Source of the DNA: Malacoraja senta
Taxonomy: Eukaryota
Assembly (NCBI GenBank): GCA_038087875.1
Contig: CM075993.1
Span: 7,318,001-7,382,000 of the forward strand
Direction of reading: 5' to 3'
DNA: 64,000 nucleotides
How positions within the stretch are numbered: the stretch's first letter is position 1; every line of letters starts with the position of its first letter. Shown here one piece after another: positions 22,896 through 36,788 of the stretch. The notes beneath the pieces were generated by a model. That model was not told where the DNA came from, searched no databases, and worked only from the letters and a program-made list of their open reading frames with translations. The position numbers were made by a program, and so were the translations under genes.

Positions 22896-24754
22896 GCGCA
22901 AGAATGGAAGGGGAGTCTGAAATTATGCTGGAGGTGCAGCAGGTGAAACTCAGAGAGAATTCACCGCATCCCAAATCCAAGGCTGATTAAACGTAACGCC
23001 GTGTCCATCAGTGGGTATACTACAGGCAGCATCGATGATGGTTGGGAAGTGATGAATATGGCCAGACCTGCCAGCAGAACATACGCTCCTGGTTTAGTCA
23101 GCGAAGAGGATAACAAAAACACTGCACATATAAAAATCCTGAAGGTAGCTGAGAGAAGCCTACAATCGTGGTCATGGAAAAAATCGGATTGGAGGCGGGT
23201 GGCAGAATCGTGAATAGTCTTTCTGCTGACTGGTTAGCACGCAACAAATGGTTTTCACAGTATCTCGGTACACGTGACAATAAGTTAAACTGAAACTTAG
23301 AGCTAATTGTAATGCACTCCAGACACCTGTGATCAGCAGCATACCTAATAACGCACCACAGCAACTTAAGAGATTAATCTGTTCCTATATACACTTGTGA
23401 AATTTTGCACTGGTCAAAAAGCCACTCCTATTTCACTGCCCGCCACCGAGGTTTGCGTAGCGTGGATTTCTCCTGCGCTAGAATGGCAAGGAGTTCAGCT
23501 ATTCGCACTCCACTTACGACCAGTGAAGACAATGTCAAGAAGCGGCTCAATAAGGAAACAGGTGAATCACCCTGGTCACTCCCTCTTCTCTCCCCCCCCC
23601 CCCCCTCCCCTCCCACTGGGCAAGAGGTACAGAAGTGTAAAAGCGCACACTTCCAGATTCAAGGACAGTTTCTTTTAAGGTGTTATGAAGCAACAGAACA
23701 TCCTATCACCAATAGAGAGCAGTCCTGGCCAACCATCTATCTCATTGAAGACTATCATTAATCAGACTTTATCCTACACTAAACGTCATTCCCTTTATCC
23801 TGTATCTATACACTGTGGATGGCTTGATTGTAATCCTGTATAGGATTTCCGCTGACTGGATAGCACGCAGCAAAAACACTTTTTCATCGTGACAAAAACT
23901 AAACTAGGGTCTGAATCTGTGCAGCAGGGGTGAGAATTACTATCTGCTGCTTATTGAGGCCGTGCCCAATCTCCTAGGATAACACCTCCCTGGTACTGAG
24001 GGCATGAAATTAGACCGGCTCACAACATTCTTCTACATTGCCATGTCTAGCTGGCCAAGCAAACCTCAGAGCAAGCTTAAATTTATTAGATCCTATGGGA
24101 TGGGTGGGAAAATGAAAAGGCAAAGGTGGATACGTTCCAAAGGGTAGACACAAAATGCTGGAGTAACTCAGCGGGTCAGGCAGCATCTCTGGGGAAAAGG
24201 AATGGGTGACGTTTCAGGTCGAGACCCTTCTTCAGCAGACCCCAGACCAGCATTTGGGGTCCATCTTCGGTGTAAACCAGCAGCTGCAGTTCCTTCCAAC
24301 ACATATATGTTCCAAAGGACTTGATTTCTATTTGCAGAAACAAGGAACTGCAGATGCTGGTTTACCAAAACAAAAAAGACACAAAGTGCTGGAGCAACGG
24401 CAGCATCTCTGGAGAACATGGATATTTGACATTTCGGGTCGGTGCGCGTCTTCAGACTGGAGAAGGGTCCCGACTGGAAACGTTACCTGTTCATGTTCTC
24501 CAGAGATGCTGCCTGACTCTCCGAGTTACTCCAGCACTTTATCTTCATTGTTATTGCTTACACAAGGGGAATAATTCATTAAAACACACCCCTCCTCCCT
24601 TTGATGAACCTACGTGGGAGCATAACATCTTCACCCAGCTGCATCATATTATTAGGTAAGTCTAGCTGTTAATTGGTCACAGCTCCCAGTATTGGACCCC
24701 TGGATAAAAGACTAATGTACGAAGGATGAAAGCATGCCTGACCCTCATACTGAC

Positions 24755-24850
24755 CTGGTTTCGAAGTGGCTGCTGCAGTGTGGCTTTATCCCGATGTGCA
24801 TGGCTTTCTCTGCCTCCGTGATCTGGTTGGCTGGATCCGATTGCCGTGGG
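24755..24850 (-). CDS. CSNK1G1: CSNK1G1 exon, PTAIGSSQPDHGGRESHAHRDKATLQQPLRNQ
   Basis: 96-nt phase 0/0 exon, acag/gtcagt. Homologous to PTPVGSVH...RESHTHRDR...QQPLRNQ. Confidence 0.9.
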
Positions 24851-24892
24851 CTGTGGGTGAAATATGGAGAAGCCAGATCAAAACAGCCCACA

Positions 24893-25165
24893 AGTTTAGT
24901 TTCGAGATGCAGCGCGGAAACAGGCCCTTCGGCCCGACTGACGCTCTCCTACACACACTAGGGTCAATTTGCAATGACGCCAAGCCAATTAACCTACAAA
25001 CCGACACGTCTTTGGAGTGTGGGAGGAAACCGGAGATCCCAGAGAAAACCCACGCAGGTTACGGGGGGGAATGTACAAACTCCGTACAGACAGCACCCTA
25101 GTCAGGATCAAACCCGGGTCTCTGGCTCCGTAAGGCAGCAACTCTACCGCAGCGCCACCGTGCCA
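24893..25165 (-). mobile_element. V-SINE
   Basis: Diagnostic motifs; ends about 43 bp from a CSNK1G1 acceptor. Confidence 0.85.
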
Positions 25166-25524
25166 GCCCCTTGCACAAAAGTCTACTTTCAGCAGATGCA
25201 ATCTTCAATTTACCTGCTAAAAATAACTGGGCTTACAACAGTTTATTTTTTTTATTGTCTTAGGTGGGAAAAATCGCATAACATAATTCTAAGGTAGGCA
25301 AAAATGCTGGAGAAACTCAGCGGGTGAGGCAGCATCTATGGAGCGAAGGAATAGGTGACGTTTCGGGTCGAGACCCTTCTTCAGACTGATGTGGGGGTGG
25401 GGGAAGAAGAAAGGAAGAGGCGGAGACAGTGGGCTGAGGAAGAGCTGGGAAGGGGAGGGGAATGAGGGAGAAAGCAAGGACTACCTGAAATTGGAGAAGA
25501 CAATGTTCATGTCATAAATGTAAA

Positions 25525-26100
25525 TGTATTACAGCACATTTGGAAAGCAGTGACAGGATCGGTCAAAGTCAGCATGGATTTATGAACGGGGAAACCATGC
25601 TTGACTAATCTTCTGGAATTTTTTGAGGATGCAACAAGTACAATGGATAAGGGAGAGCCAGTGGATGTGGTGTATCTGGACTTTCAAAAAGCCTTTGACA
25701 AGGTCCCACACATGAGATTAGTGTGCAAAAGTAAAGCATGTGATATTTGGGGTAGGGTATTGACATGGATAGAGAACTGGTTGGCAGACAGGAAGCAAAG
25801 AGTAGCATTAACGGGTCCTTCACAGTTAAAGAATATGGGGTAGGCCATCTTAAGACTGAGATGAGGAAAAACTTTTCACCCAGTGAATCTGTGGAAGGCA
25901 ATGAAGGTCAATTCACTAAATGTATTCAAGAGAGAGTTAGATTTAGCTCTTAGGGCTAACGGAATCAAGGGATATGGGGAGAAAGCAGGAACGGGGTACT
26001 GATTTTGGATGATCTGCCATGATCATATTGAATGGTCATTATGCTTGATCATGCTGGCTCGAAGGGCCTCCTCCTATTTTCTATGGTTCCATGTTTCTAT
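25525..26100 (+). mobile_element. Internally deleted CR1 LINE (RT segment joined to the 3' end)
   Basis: LTNLLEFFE...VDVVYLDFQKAFDKVPH...WLADRKQRV, then a jump to the 3' UTR. Confidence 0.85.
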
Positions 26101-26639
26101 GTTAAACACCACCCTGTATCTATATCGAAGATAGACACAAGAAGTTGGAATAATTTAGCGGGACAGGCAGCATCTCTGGAGAGAAGGAATGGGTGACGTT
26201 TTGGGTCGAGACACATCATGCCCAGCTTCATGCTCTTTCCCAGGGAGCCAGCTAAAATTGTGTGAAGGTTAGAGCTTATTCAACTTAAATGCGACCGGAT
26301 GATTACACTCCATTTACTTTACTTCAGATGACCTTGACCAAAGCATTTTAAGAAGTTCTTAATCCAAAACAGAAGAGACTGGCATTCACATTTCTGAACA
26401 AATCGCAAAAGTCTTTCCATTTGAAAGCCATGGCGGTTACGATTTTTTGGCAAGGTTGATATTATGGAGATTTGAGTGACAAAATCTCGCAACGTACTAA
26501 GAAACAAAGCAGGGGGCAGTACAGGTATCCTTCACAATCTCCTGCGCTGCATTCGATCCAACACACAAGATAGACTAGCTAGCAGAGACCCATTTAAAAC
26601 GAGGCAAAGGTACGCCAGTGAGAGCTTTGGTGGTTACGA

Positions 26640-27076
26640 GGTTGGGAGAGGTTGAGCAGGCTAGGACTCTTATTCCTCCGAGCGCAGGAGGATGAGGGGT
26701 AACCTTATAGAAGACTACAAAATCATGAGAGGAATAGATCGGGTAAACAGATTGGATAAATGCAGTCTCTTGCTCAGAGTTGGGGAATTGAGAACCAGAG
26801 GGGACATAGGTTTGTCGGGGGGAGGGGGCAGATTTAATAATCTGAGGGGTAACTTTTTTCACACAAAGGTTGGTCGATATATGGAATGCACTGCTGCCGG
26901 AGGAGGTAGTTGAGGCAGGCACAACTGCAATGTTTAAGAAACATTTAGATAGGTACATGGATAGGTTTAGATAGGGATATGGGCCAAGCGAAGGCAGATG
27001 GGACTAGTGTAGATGGAACAAGTTGGTCAGTGTGGGCTAGTTGGGCCGAAGGGCCTGTTTCCACACTGTATGACTC
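26640..27076 (+). mobile_element. HER1-like CR1 LINE 3' end sharing its tail with the V-SINE
   Basis: RRMRGNLIEDYKIMRGIDRV... ending GGGCCGAAGGGCCTGTTTCCACACTGTATGACTC. Confidence 0.8.
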
Positions 27077-28130
27077 AATGAGGTGAAATCTATTGTATAT
27101 GTGGCATCAGCCTTTATGGTTTTATCATCAGACCTGCCAACTTTCAAGCACTGTACTTCTTAGGTTTTTAGTTTAAAGATACAGTGTGACAACAGGCCCT
27201 TCAGCCCACCGAGTCCATGCCGACCAGCGACCAGTTCTATAATATACACGTGGGACAATTTTACAGAAGCCAATTAACCCACAAACCTGAACATCTTCGG
27301 AATGTGGGAGGAAATCGCAGCGCCCGGAGAAAGCCCACAGGGTGACAGGGAGAACGTACAAACTCTGTAGTAGTCATGATCGAACCGGGATCACTGGTGC
27401 TGTGAGGCAGTAACTCTACCACTCCGCTGTACCGCCCAGAATAGTAATTCTGTTCTTATTACTTGTAATAGTGGATGTGGGAGATTGCAACATTCACGTG
27501 GTCCACCCTGTTTCGACTAATGCAATCAACCCGACGTGCACAAACAAGATCAAATAGAACAACTTGACCTACAACTTTGGGCTGTGCACGCCCTACACAA
27601 GGAGAAGACGTAATAATCAATTTAGTTGTTTTTTTGCTGGAGCATAAAAGACATAAGACTCCAGGCACACAAATAACTTGGAGCAACAAAGGCTCGATGC
27701 GGTGGAAAAGAAACATATCAGCTTTAGGAGCAAATAGTTTTGGATCCATAAATAGAGAATTGTCACTAACAAATCCAAGAAAAGACCGATTTACACAGAA
27801 TGCAATTGCAATCATTTGGCCCCTAAAGGTCTTTTTCCTTGATCTACTCTTAGCTACAATTACAGCACAATGACTCAAACCATAAGATTGTCCTTGCCAC
27901 CTGCTCTTCATTTGGAGACTTCTGACATGCACTTAAAGGCCTCTGTGAACACCACAAACACCAACTAAACGCAACTACCAACTGATTGGGTTGCACTAGG
28001 CCTTTGGGGTTTGTTTTGTTTTTGCACAATATTGGGATTTTTTTATTGATTGAACTTTTATTTTTGCTTGGTTATTATATTATTTATTGAGTACTGGAGG
28101 AACTCAGTGGGAGTTACTCGGGTATAGGCG

Positions 28131-28298
28131 TACACTGGCCCGAACTCCAGTGTACACTGGCCCTATCTCCACACTCCAGTGTACACTGGCCCTATCTCCA
28201 AACTCCAGTGTACACTGGCCCTATCTCCAAACTCCAGTGTACACTGGCCCTATCCCCAAATTCCAGTTTACACTGGCCCTATCCCCAAATTCCAGTTT
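28131..28298. repeat. 29-bp minisatellite, left block
   Basis: Unit CTGGCCCTATCTCCAAACTCCAGTGTACA, about 6 copies. Confidence 0.95.
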
Positions 28299-29046
28299 AT
28301 CAGAATCAGAATCAGATTTTATTCGCCAAGTATGTTTTGCAACATACGAGGAATTTCACTGGCCAGGTCGGTAATACAATTAAAAGCAACAGATCACTCA
28401 AAAACACATTTTAACATGAACATCCACCACAGTGGCTCCTACACATTCCTCACTGTGATGGAAGGCGAAATAAAGTTCAAGTCCTTCCTTTTGTTCTTCC
28501 TCGGTCGGGGGCCTCGAGCCCTCCGTTGACGGGACGGTCTTCACTCCCGTAGCCGGCGGTGTTCGGGCCCTCCGCGTTGAGGCGTTCAGCTCCTGCATCG
28601 GGGGGTTATCAGCTCCCCCGCGCCGGGTGGTTGAACCTCATGTCGGGGCTGGTCGAACCTTCTGCGGCGTGGAACTCCCGACTAGCCTCTCCCGAGACTG
28701 CGAGCCCTTGATGGTAAGTCCGCAGGCCGCTGTGGGAGCGATCCCAGGCAAGGGATCCGCTCCGATGTTAAGTCCGCGCCCCGCGGTGGGGCTCACGACA
28801 GTCTGAGGAGGCCTCCAGCTCCAGCGATGGTAGGCCGCAGAGCCCGGAGAATGCGATCCGGAAATTGATCACATCTCCGGGAAGGTAGGAACTTGAAAAA
28901 AAGTTTCCCCTGATCCCCTCCCCCCTCCCCCCACATAAAACAAACTGAAGTACATTAAAACAAACTTTTAACAAACGCTAAAAACAACAAAAAGATGAAA
29001 AAACGAACAGACTGCCGGCAGGGCTGCCATCTCCCCGGCGCCCCTG
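28299..29046 (-). mobile_element. GC-rich non-autonomous retroelement inserted into the minisatellite
   Basis: Minus-strand 3' end AATAAA followed by an (ATTCTG)n tail. It interrupts the tandem array. Family not identified. Confidence 0.55.
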
Positions 29047-29055
29047 TTGGTCTTG

Positions 29056-29482
29056 GACTGGCCCTATCCCCAAACTCCAGTGTACACTGGCCCTATCTCC
29101 AAACTCCAGTGTACACTGGCCCTATCTCCAAACTCCAGTGTACACTGGCTCTATCCCCAAATTCCAGTGTACACTGGCCCTATCCCCAAACTCCAGTGTA
29201 CACTGGCCCTATCCAAGAACTCCAGTGTGCACTGGCCCTATCTCCAAACTCCAGTGTACACTGGCCCTATCTCCAAAGTCCAGTGTACACTGACCCTATC
29301 TCCAAAGTCCAGTATACACTGGCCCTATCTCCAAACTCCAGTGTACACTGGCCCTATCTCCAAACTCCAGGGTACACTGGCCCTATCTCCAAACTCCAGT
29401 GTACACTGGCCCTATCTCCAAACTCCAGTGTACACTGGCCCTATCTCCAAACTCCAGTGTACACTGGCCCTATCCCCAAACT
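29056..29482. repeat. 29-bp minisatellite, right block
   Basis: Same unit, about 15 copies. Confidence 0.95.
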
Positions 29483-31635
29483 CAGCGCCCCCTCTGCATT
29501 TACAAACCTGTTGCGTTGTTGCTGCATTGTTCCATTTCGTGACGTGTGACTATGAAACACTCCTTTGACTTGTGACCCTTGCCTGGTTAGCGGGGATAAG
29601 TTTACGATGTATCTGCACTTATTCTATGAGGCTTGAACCATACTTTCTACCACCTTGCAGCAAGTGAACGAGCATTTGTCCACCTTATCTCATGGAAGCA
29701 AATCCGCTTGCTGATCCAATGTTGCAGCGTTGCAATTAATCGCAAGCATCAAAGCATCGCCGCTCGAACAACTGTGCATTTCCAAAATAAAAACTTGCAC
29801 TTTAAATTCCCAACATCTGCAAAACAATCATCTTCTCTTCATGGAGTGAAGGAAATAGGCAACGTTTCGGGCCGAAACGTTGCCTATTTCCTTCACTCCA
29901 TAGATGCTGCCTCACCCGCTGAGTTTCTCCAGCATTTTTGTCTACCTTCGATTTTCCAGCATCTGCAGTTCCTACTTAAACATCTTCTCTTCATTCCTTC
30001 TGAAACGCCAAATAGGTTAAATATTCCCATTTGCTTCTTTTTGATGTTTGCAAGAGATTAATATCAAAGGCACGGCATCAAACTGTGCTCATTACAAACA
30101 TCCGGTCGCAGGCAGGCTTCAATTATGAAAAACACGTGTTGCCTTCAACCTGATCTTAATTTGCAGTGCGCATTTGCTAATTCTAGACCTATTCATATTT
30201 TAATTAAATGATGTAGAAGCTGTTTATGTCGCTGATTTTGAGACTGATACTGATTTGACAAAATACTCTATTACCTAATATTAATGCTACAGAATGGTAT
30301 AGAGGCTTAATAGCAAATGTCATCTTCAGAAGTGTACCTGAATACAAGTGTTTTATAGGATAAAGTCAGTCTGAAGAAGGGTCTCGACCCGAGACGTCAC
30401 CTATTCCTTTTCTCCAGAGGTGCTGCCTGACCCGCTGAGTTACTCAAACATTTTCTGTCTATCTTCGGTAAACTAGCAACTGCAGTTCCTTCCTACACCA
30501 TTTTAGATAGGCACAAAGTGCTGGAGTAACTCAGCCAGTCAGACAGCATCTCTAAAGAAAAAGGATGGGTGACATTTTGGGTCAGGACTCTTCTTCAGAG
30601 TAAAAATAAAGGGGAGGAAATGGAGGTTGGAAAAGGCCAAAACATTTTGAAAAGGTCTAGAGATGGTGGAAGGTGGTCTGGGGTAGTCCAAGAGGAAGAT
30701 CGGTGGAGACAGGAGAAGGGGTCATGCCTTTTTCCTACCTCCAGTTCCCTCCCCTCTACTTTCAAAAGACAATAGACCCTAGACAATAGGTGCAGAGTAG
30801 GCCATTCGGCCCTTCGAGCCAGCCTGAAGTTAGTCTGAAGAAGGGTCTCGACCCGACACATCACCCATCCTTTTTCTCCTGAGATGCTGCTTGACCCGCT
30901 AGGTTATTCCAGCACTTTGTGTCTATCTTCAGTATAAACCAGCATCTGCATTTCCTTTCTACACAGTTTCATAGAGTCTTCTTTGAAGAGTCACCTTAAG
31001 CATACAGGCACGCCCGCCTGCATGATGTGGCTGGATGCACATAAGCACATTCTTCATTGGAAACCTTCTACTGTAACACAGTATAAGCCTGCTCATTCTG
31101 TACACTCCCCATTCTGAAAGCTAGTGTTCGATGTTCAGCATTTTTCAACCTTTGATTAAATATAGCACCTGCTTATTCCTGCATAACCGAAGATAGACAC
31201 AAAAAGCTGGAGTAACTCAGCGGGACAGGCAGCATATCTGGAGAGAAGGAATGGGTGACGTTTCTGGTCGAGACCCTTCTTTAGACTCTTGAATATTCTT
31301 CAGAGTCTGAAGAAGGGGCTCGACCCAAAACGTCTGTCCCGCTGAGTTATTCCAGCATTTTGTGTCTATCATTAACCTAGTTCATTTTATTTATGAACAC
31401 TGCCATTCAAGTCCATGGTCATCCAAGGCAGTAAATTTCAATAAATATAATAATGGTGCCGATCTGCTCTGTGTGAAGGTGTATGGAATATTTACAACAC
31501 AGCAGATGGCCATACAGCCCATTGCATCAGCACCAGTGGAACAGAACCACCCAGCCCTTTAGTATCTTTTAGCACTTGGTTTGCAGCCTGTAGCTCAGTG
31601 TTTCCAATGCACAACCAAGTACTTTAAGAGTCAAG

Positions 31636-32025
31636 GTAGACAAAAATGCTGGAGAAACTCAGTGGGTGAGGCAGCATCTATGAAGCAAAGGAAATAGGCA
31701 ACGTTTTGGGTCAAAACCCTTCTTCAGACTGATGTGAGGTTGTGGGGGGGGGGGAGAAGTAAGGAAGAGGTGGAGCCAGTGGTCTGAGGGAGAGCTGAGA
31801 AGGGGAGGAGAAAGTAGGACTACCTGAAATTAGAGAAGTCAATGTTCATACCGCTGGGGTGCAAACTGCCCAAGCGAAATATGAGGTGCTGCTCCTCCAA
31901 TTTACGGTGGTCCTCACTCTGGCCATGGAGGAGGCCCAGGACAGAAAGGTCGGATTCGGAATGGGAGGGGGAGTTGAAGTGCTGAGCCACCGGGAGATCA
32001 GGTTGGTTATTGCGAACTGAGCGGA
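31636..32025 (-). mobile_element. Penelope-like element 3' fragment
   Basis: Homologous to 17777-18170. Confidence 0.82.
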
Positions 32026-32634
32026 AGAGTCAAGATTGTTTAATTGTCAAATGTACTGAAAACAGTACAAAGAAATTCGTACTTGCAGCAGCATAACAGG
32101 TCTCATGAATAACATTATAAGCAAAAGAAAAATCAATGAAATAAAACCCAATAATTAGTGCAAAACAAAAGTCTGAGGTCCCTAGTGCAAACTAGACCAT
32201 TCTAAATTTAGTTGGTGATTGTAGCGTTCAACAGCCTGCTGGTCCTAAACCTGGTGGTCATGGTTTTTAGTCTCCTGTACCCTCTTACCGATGGCAGGAG
32301 TGAAATGAGGGCGGTGTGGGTCCTTGATGATGCTGGCTGCCTTTGTTACATAGATTCATGAAGTCACACATCAAGGAAACAAGTGCTTGCGATTCCACCA
32401 CCAGACATACCTTCCCCTCCACGCCCTCTTCAGCATTTTGTAGTGAGCTGTGCCCCGGTGACTCTCTAGTCCTGGTGACTCTCCCATCCTTGTCCATACA
32501 GTACTCTCCCGGCAACCGCAACCGATGTAGCACTTGTCCTTTGACTTCTTCCCTTCCCAACCACCAGGAACCCAAGCAATCACTCCTATCAAATATCGTC
32601 AAAGTTAGCCATGCCCCAATTTGGAATTTTAACT

Positions 32635-33118
32635 CATGAAACAGGCTACTCGGCCCACCAAGTCACAACTAATCCCTGCACATTAACGCTATCCTACACA
32701 CACTAGCAACAATTTACACTTATACTATTCCAATTAACCTACAAACCTGTACGTCTTTGGAGTGTGGGAGGAAACAGAAGATCTCGGCGGAAACACAAGC
32801 GGTCACGGGGAGAACGTATAAACTCCGTACAGACAGCACCTGTAGTCGGGATCGAACCTGGGACTCCGGCGCTGTAAAGGGCCTGTCCCACTTTCACGAC
32901 CTCTGCGGAGTTTGCCCTTGACTCATACTCGCAGCATGGTCGTAGGAGGTCATAGGTAGGTTGTGATGCTAGTCGTAGGTACTCGTGGCATCAAGTAGGT
33001 CGGGGCGTTTTTCTAGCCTGATGAAAAATGTCCTCGAGTAAAAAAGGTCGTGAATTAGGTCGTGAAAGTGGGACAGGCCCTTAAGGCTGCAACTCAACCG
33101 CTGCGCCACCGTGCCGCC
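32635..33118 (-). mobile_element. V-SINE with nested MITE
   Basis: Diagnostic motifs. Confidence 0.85.
32878..33081. mobile_element. PIF/Harbinger-type MITE nested in a V-SINE
   Basis: TIR AGGGCCTGTCCCACTTTCACGACC and TAA TSD. Removing it restores the SINE sequence GCGCTG-TAA-GGCTGCAACTC. Confidence 0.88.
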
Positions 33119-33546
33119 TGTCTCTATCCATAACTATCTCAAACCTAATAAAACAGTGGTCGCATGATCACCTCATCCACTTGTCCCTCCCAATTTTCTA
33201 ATAGATGAAGCGTTGCTCTCTCCCGTGTTGCCTGAGGGAACTTTCCTGAACACATCTGACAAATTCTTCCCCATCAAAACCTTTTGCACTACGACATTTC
33301 CAGTCAATGTAGGAAAAGTTCCCGACACACAATCATATTAATTTCACATGTAATTGGATGCAAAGCATTTTTGAATAACTCATCATCATTTGGAATGAAT
33401 TTTCATTTTACTTCAAAAACTTTACCACATATATCACACGTGAAAAATTGCACACTTTGTTCCTTTGCAGTTAATCAATCCATATATCAATGGTATCTTA
33501 TCCAAACTAGAACTTAATGCTCCATGATATGTGATGTGTTACTTAC

Positions 33547-33695
33547 TATTTGCCTGCCAACCCAGTCGTATGCATAATCAAAGGCATAGCCTTTGGATTC
33601 AAAGAGATCTGTAAATAGTGTACGTAAATACTGGTAGTCTGGTTTCTCGAAGAAGTCTAATCGCCTCACATAGCGGAGGTATGTTGCCATCTCCT
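33547..33695 (-). CDS. CSNK1G1: CSNK1G1 exon, (E)[49 protein letters not shown]
   Basis: 149-nt exon, tgcag/gtaagt. [11 protein letters not shown] and DYAYDWVGR match the gamma-1 paralogue. Confidence 0.97.
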
Positions 33696-34195
33696 CTGCA
33701 AAGAAAAAATATAAGATGTTCAAATGTTACATCAGAAAATATTGATAAACTGCAACACACTTTAGTGTGGCAACATTTCAGGTCAACTAGCGAGCAATCC
33801 TGACAGACTACCTTTAATCTGACTTGACTGGACTTTATTTTGCAGTAAACATTATCGTGTATCTGTACACTGTGGATGGCTCGATTGTAATCATGTATGG
33901 TCTTTCTGCGGACTGGTTAACACGCAACAAAAGATTTTCACTGTACCTCGGTAGACCACAAGAAACTAAATTAATTTTTCATGACACGCAGAAAGGTAGG
34001 CTAGAAAAAAGAGCAAAATAAACATTTTGTTTCAAGGGTGACCAATCTTATCTATTCCCTCCATAGATGCTGCCCGACTCATTGAGTTACTTCAGCACTT
34101 TGTGTTTTGAACAAAATAAAAAGCCTGCTTCCACTTGAGACCAGAAGTGATTCATTGGCAAATGGCCTGATGCAAGGTAAAAGATGGGACACAAG

Positions 34196-34602
34196 GGGGC
34201 GACACGGTGGCGCAGCGCTGGAGTTGCTGCCTTACAGCACCAGAAACCCAGGTTCGATCCTGACTACGGGTGCTGTCTGTACGGACTTTGTATGTTCTCC
34301 CAGTGACCTGCGTGAGTTTTCTCCGGATGCTCCGGTTTCCTCTTGTACTTGAGTCGACGTTTCGGGTCGAGACCCTTCTTCAGACTAATGGAGTTGCATT
34401 CACAGACTTCCTATTTAGCGCGACGTTTCCTGAGTGTCATACAGACATACAGGTTTGCAGGTTAATTGGCTTGGTATAATAATTGTAAATTGTCCCTAGT
34501 GTGGGTAGTGTTAGTGTGCGGGGATCGCTGGTCGGCGCGGACTTGTTAAACCGCAGGGCCTGTTTCCAGATTGTATCTCTAAACTAAACTAAAACTAAAC
34601 TG
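34196..34602 (+). mobile_element. V-SINE with an internal insertion
   Basis: Diagnostic motifs. Confidence 0.8.
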
Positions 34603-36154
34603 AAACAGTCAAAGTGTCCAAAAGTGGTGTGCATGTCCATTACTGTTATTAAACTGCTCAACTCAAAATTAAAGCTGAAAAGGGTTTTAAAGTGCTTTAT
34701 TTTTTTTAACAATTAAAAATCGAATGCAGTTCTGAGTCTGCGAGGAACTAACTCCATCTCCTCCAACTTTTAACCAGGGCATCCTGAAGCTGGTGGTCTG
34801 GAAGAGATGGAAAAGGAATGTGACAAGGAACGTACTTATATGCGACAATAAAGTATCATTGAATCATTGGAAAGAAACAAATGTTTTTTTTAGTAGGAAA
34901 GAACTGCAGATGCTGGTTTAAATCGAAGGTAGACACAAAATGCTGGAGCAACTCAGCGGGACAGGCAGCATCTCAGGAGAGAAGGAATGGGTAATATTCC
35001 TTCTCTCCAGAGATGCTGCCTGTCCAGCTGAGTTGCTCCAGCATTTTGTGTCTACCAAATGTTTTTTTCAATTGGCTTATTTGAACAGATATGTCCAGGT
35101 AATAGTGTGGGATACATCTAATGCCATGAACAGAATAACCCTCATTCAATAGACACTATCTGAAGGCATAATACCTGGCTATCTAAACAGCCGCCTCATC
35201 ACAGATAGACAAAAACCAAAGGCACAATGACTGCAGGGATTTGGTAGGAATTATGTTCTCCTTCTAAGAACTGGGCTTAGATCCAACAGTGTCAAATACT
35301 GCATGGTACTGGGACTGAGGGCACACTCTGTCTACAGATACTGAATAGATTTATTGTCTACTGTTACTGAATGGTTTTATGTAGTAATTCTTGCAAGGCA
35401 ACCCAACAAGCGAATCAGTTTGCAAGCTTCAAATTAAAGAGGTCCTACTTAAAAGTGCCAAATCACACTGCTTATATGAAATATTGTTCAGCATTGTATC
35501 TGCACTATCCAATGATTCCATATCACTCAATAAAAGGGATGAGTAATAAGTTTGTGGTTCCAACCAGGGAGAGTGACAAGCCTGATCTACGCTTGCCCCT
35601 ATTTTCTGAGGTTGGTTTTAGGTAAAGTGTCACAGAACACTGGCACAGTGGCTGCCTCACAGCACGAGAGACCCGAGTTCGATCCTGAATGCGGGTGGTG
35701 TCTGTGTGGAGTTTGCACCCTCTCCCTGTGACCACGTGGGTTTCCTCCAGATACTATGGTTTCCTCCCACATTCCAAAAACGTGTGGGGTTTGTAGATTA
35801 ATTGGTCTCTGTAAAAGGCCCACAGTGTGTAGGGAGAGGATAGGAAAGTGGGATAACATAGATCTAGTGTGGACGGGTGGTCGATGGTCGGCATGGACTC
35901 GGTGGGCTGAAGGGCCTGTTTCCACGCTGTATCTCTAAACTAAACTGGCCAAGCACTGGTCCAGGTTTGAATACCTGACTGAAATAAGCCCCTGAAGATG
36001 AGCAGTAATCAGCAGCTGCAACAAATAATGCAACCGAGATATAGATGAAGGAAGCACTCAAATAACAACAATAGCAATCATAAGAGTTCTGAACTGTAAA
36101 TGTTTAGAGAAGAGAAATAAAAGAAATGCGCCGAATTATACACAACGTCCTTTT

Positions 36155-36635
36155 AATAGACAATAGACAATAGGTGCAGGAGTAGGCCATTCAGCCCTTC
36201 GAGCCAGCATCGCCATTCAATGTGATCATGCCTGATCATCCCCAATCGGTACCCCGTTCCTGCCTTCTCCCCATATCCCCTGACTCCGCTATCTTACAGC
36301 CCTATCTATCTCTCTCTTGAAAGCATCCAGAGAACCCGCCTCCACCGCCCTCTGAGGCAGAGAATTCCACAGACTCACAACTCTCTGTGAGAAAAAGTGT
36401 TTCCTCGTCTCCGTTCTAAATGGCTTACCCCGTATTCCTAAACTGTGGCCCCTGGTTCTGGACTCCCCCAACATTGGGAACATGTTTCCTGCCTCTTGCG
36501 TGTCCAAACCCTTAACAATCTTATATGTTTCAATGAGATGCCCTCTCATCCTTCTAAACTCCAGAGTGTACAAGCCCAGCTGCTCCATTCTCTCAGCATA
36601 TGACAGTCCCGCCATCCCGGGAATTAACCTTGTAA
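36155..36635 (-). mobile_element. CR1 LINE 3' fragment
   Basis: ORF 36289-36654: [16 protein letters not shown]...LWNSLPQRAV. Confidence 0.9.
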
Positions 36636-36703
36636 CAGTTCTATCATTTGACAAATCTCAAAATACACATGCTTTTGCAGAATGTGTCCCTTGCGAAACA
36701 TAC

Positions 36704-36788
36704 CTGGGAAGCTCTCACAGAGAACTTCAATCGGAGTGTTTCGCTTTGTGTCACCAATTTTCTGATAGCGTTCTTTCAACGTTTCTGC
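36704..36788 (-). CDS. CSNK1G1: CSNK1G1 exon, [28 protein letters not shown](E)
   Basis: 85-nt exon, tgcag/gtatg, phase-compatible with neighbours. KRNTPIE is gamma-1-like. Confidence 0.96.

Noticed and set aside
28995..29568. Long ORFs (184 and 173 aa) and a CRISPR-like 29-bp palindromic repeat
   Set aside because: Units are directly adjacent with no unique spacers and no cas genes. It is a eukaryotic minisatellite, and the ORFs are by-products of a stop-free unit.
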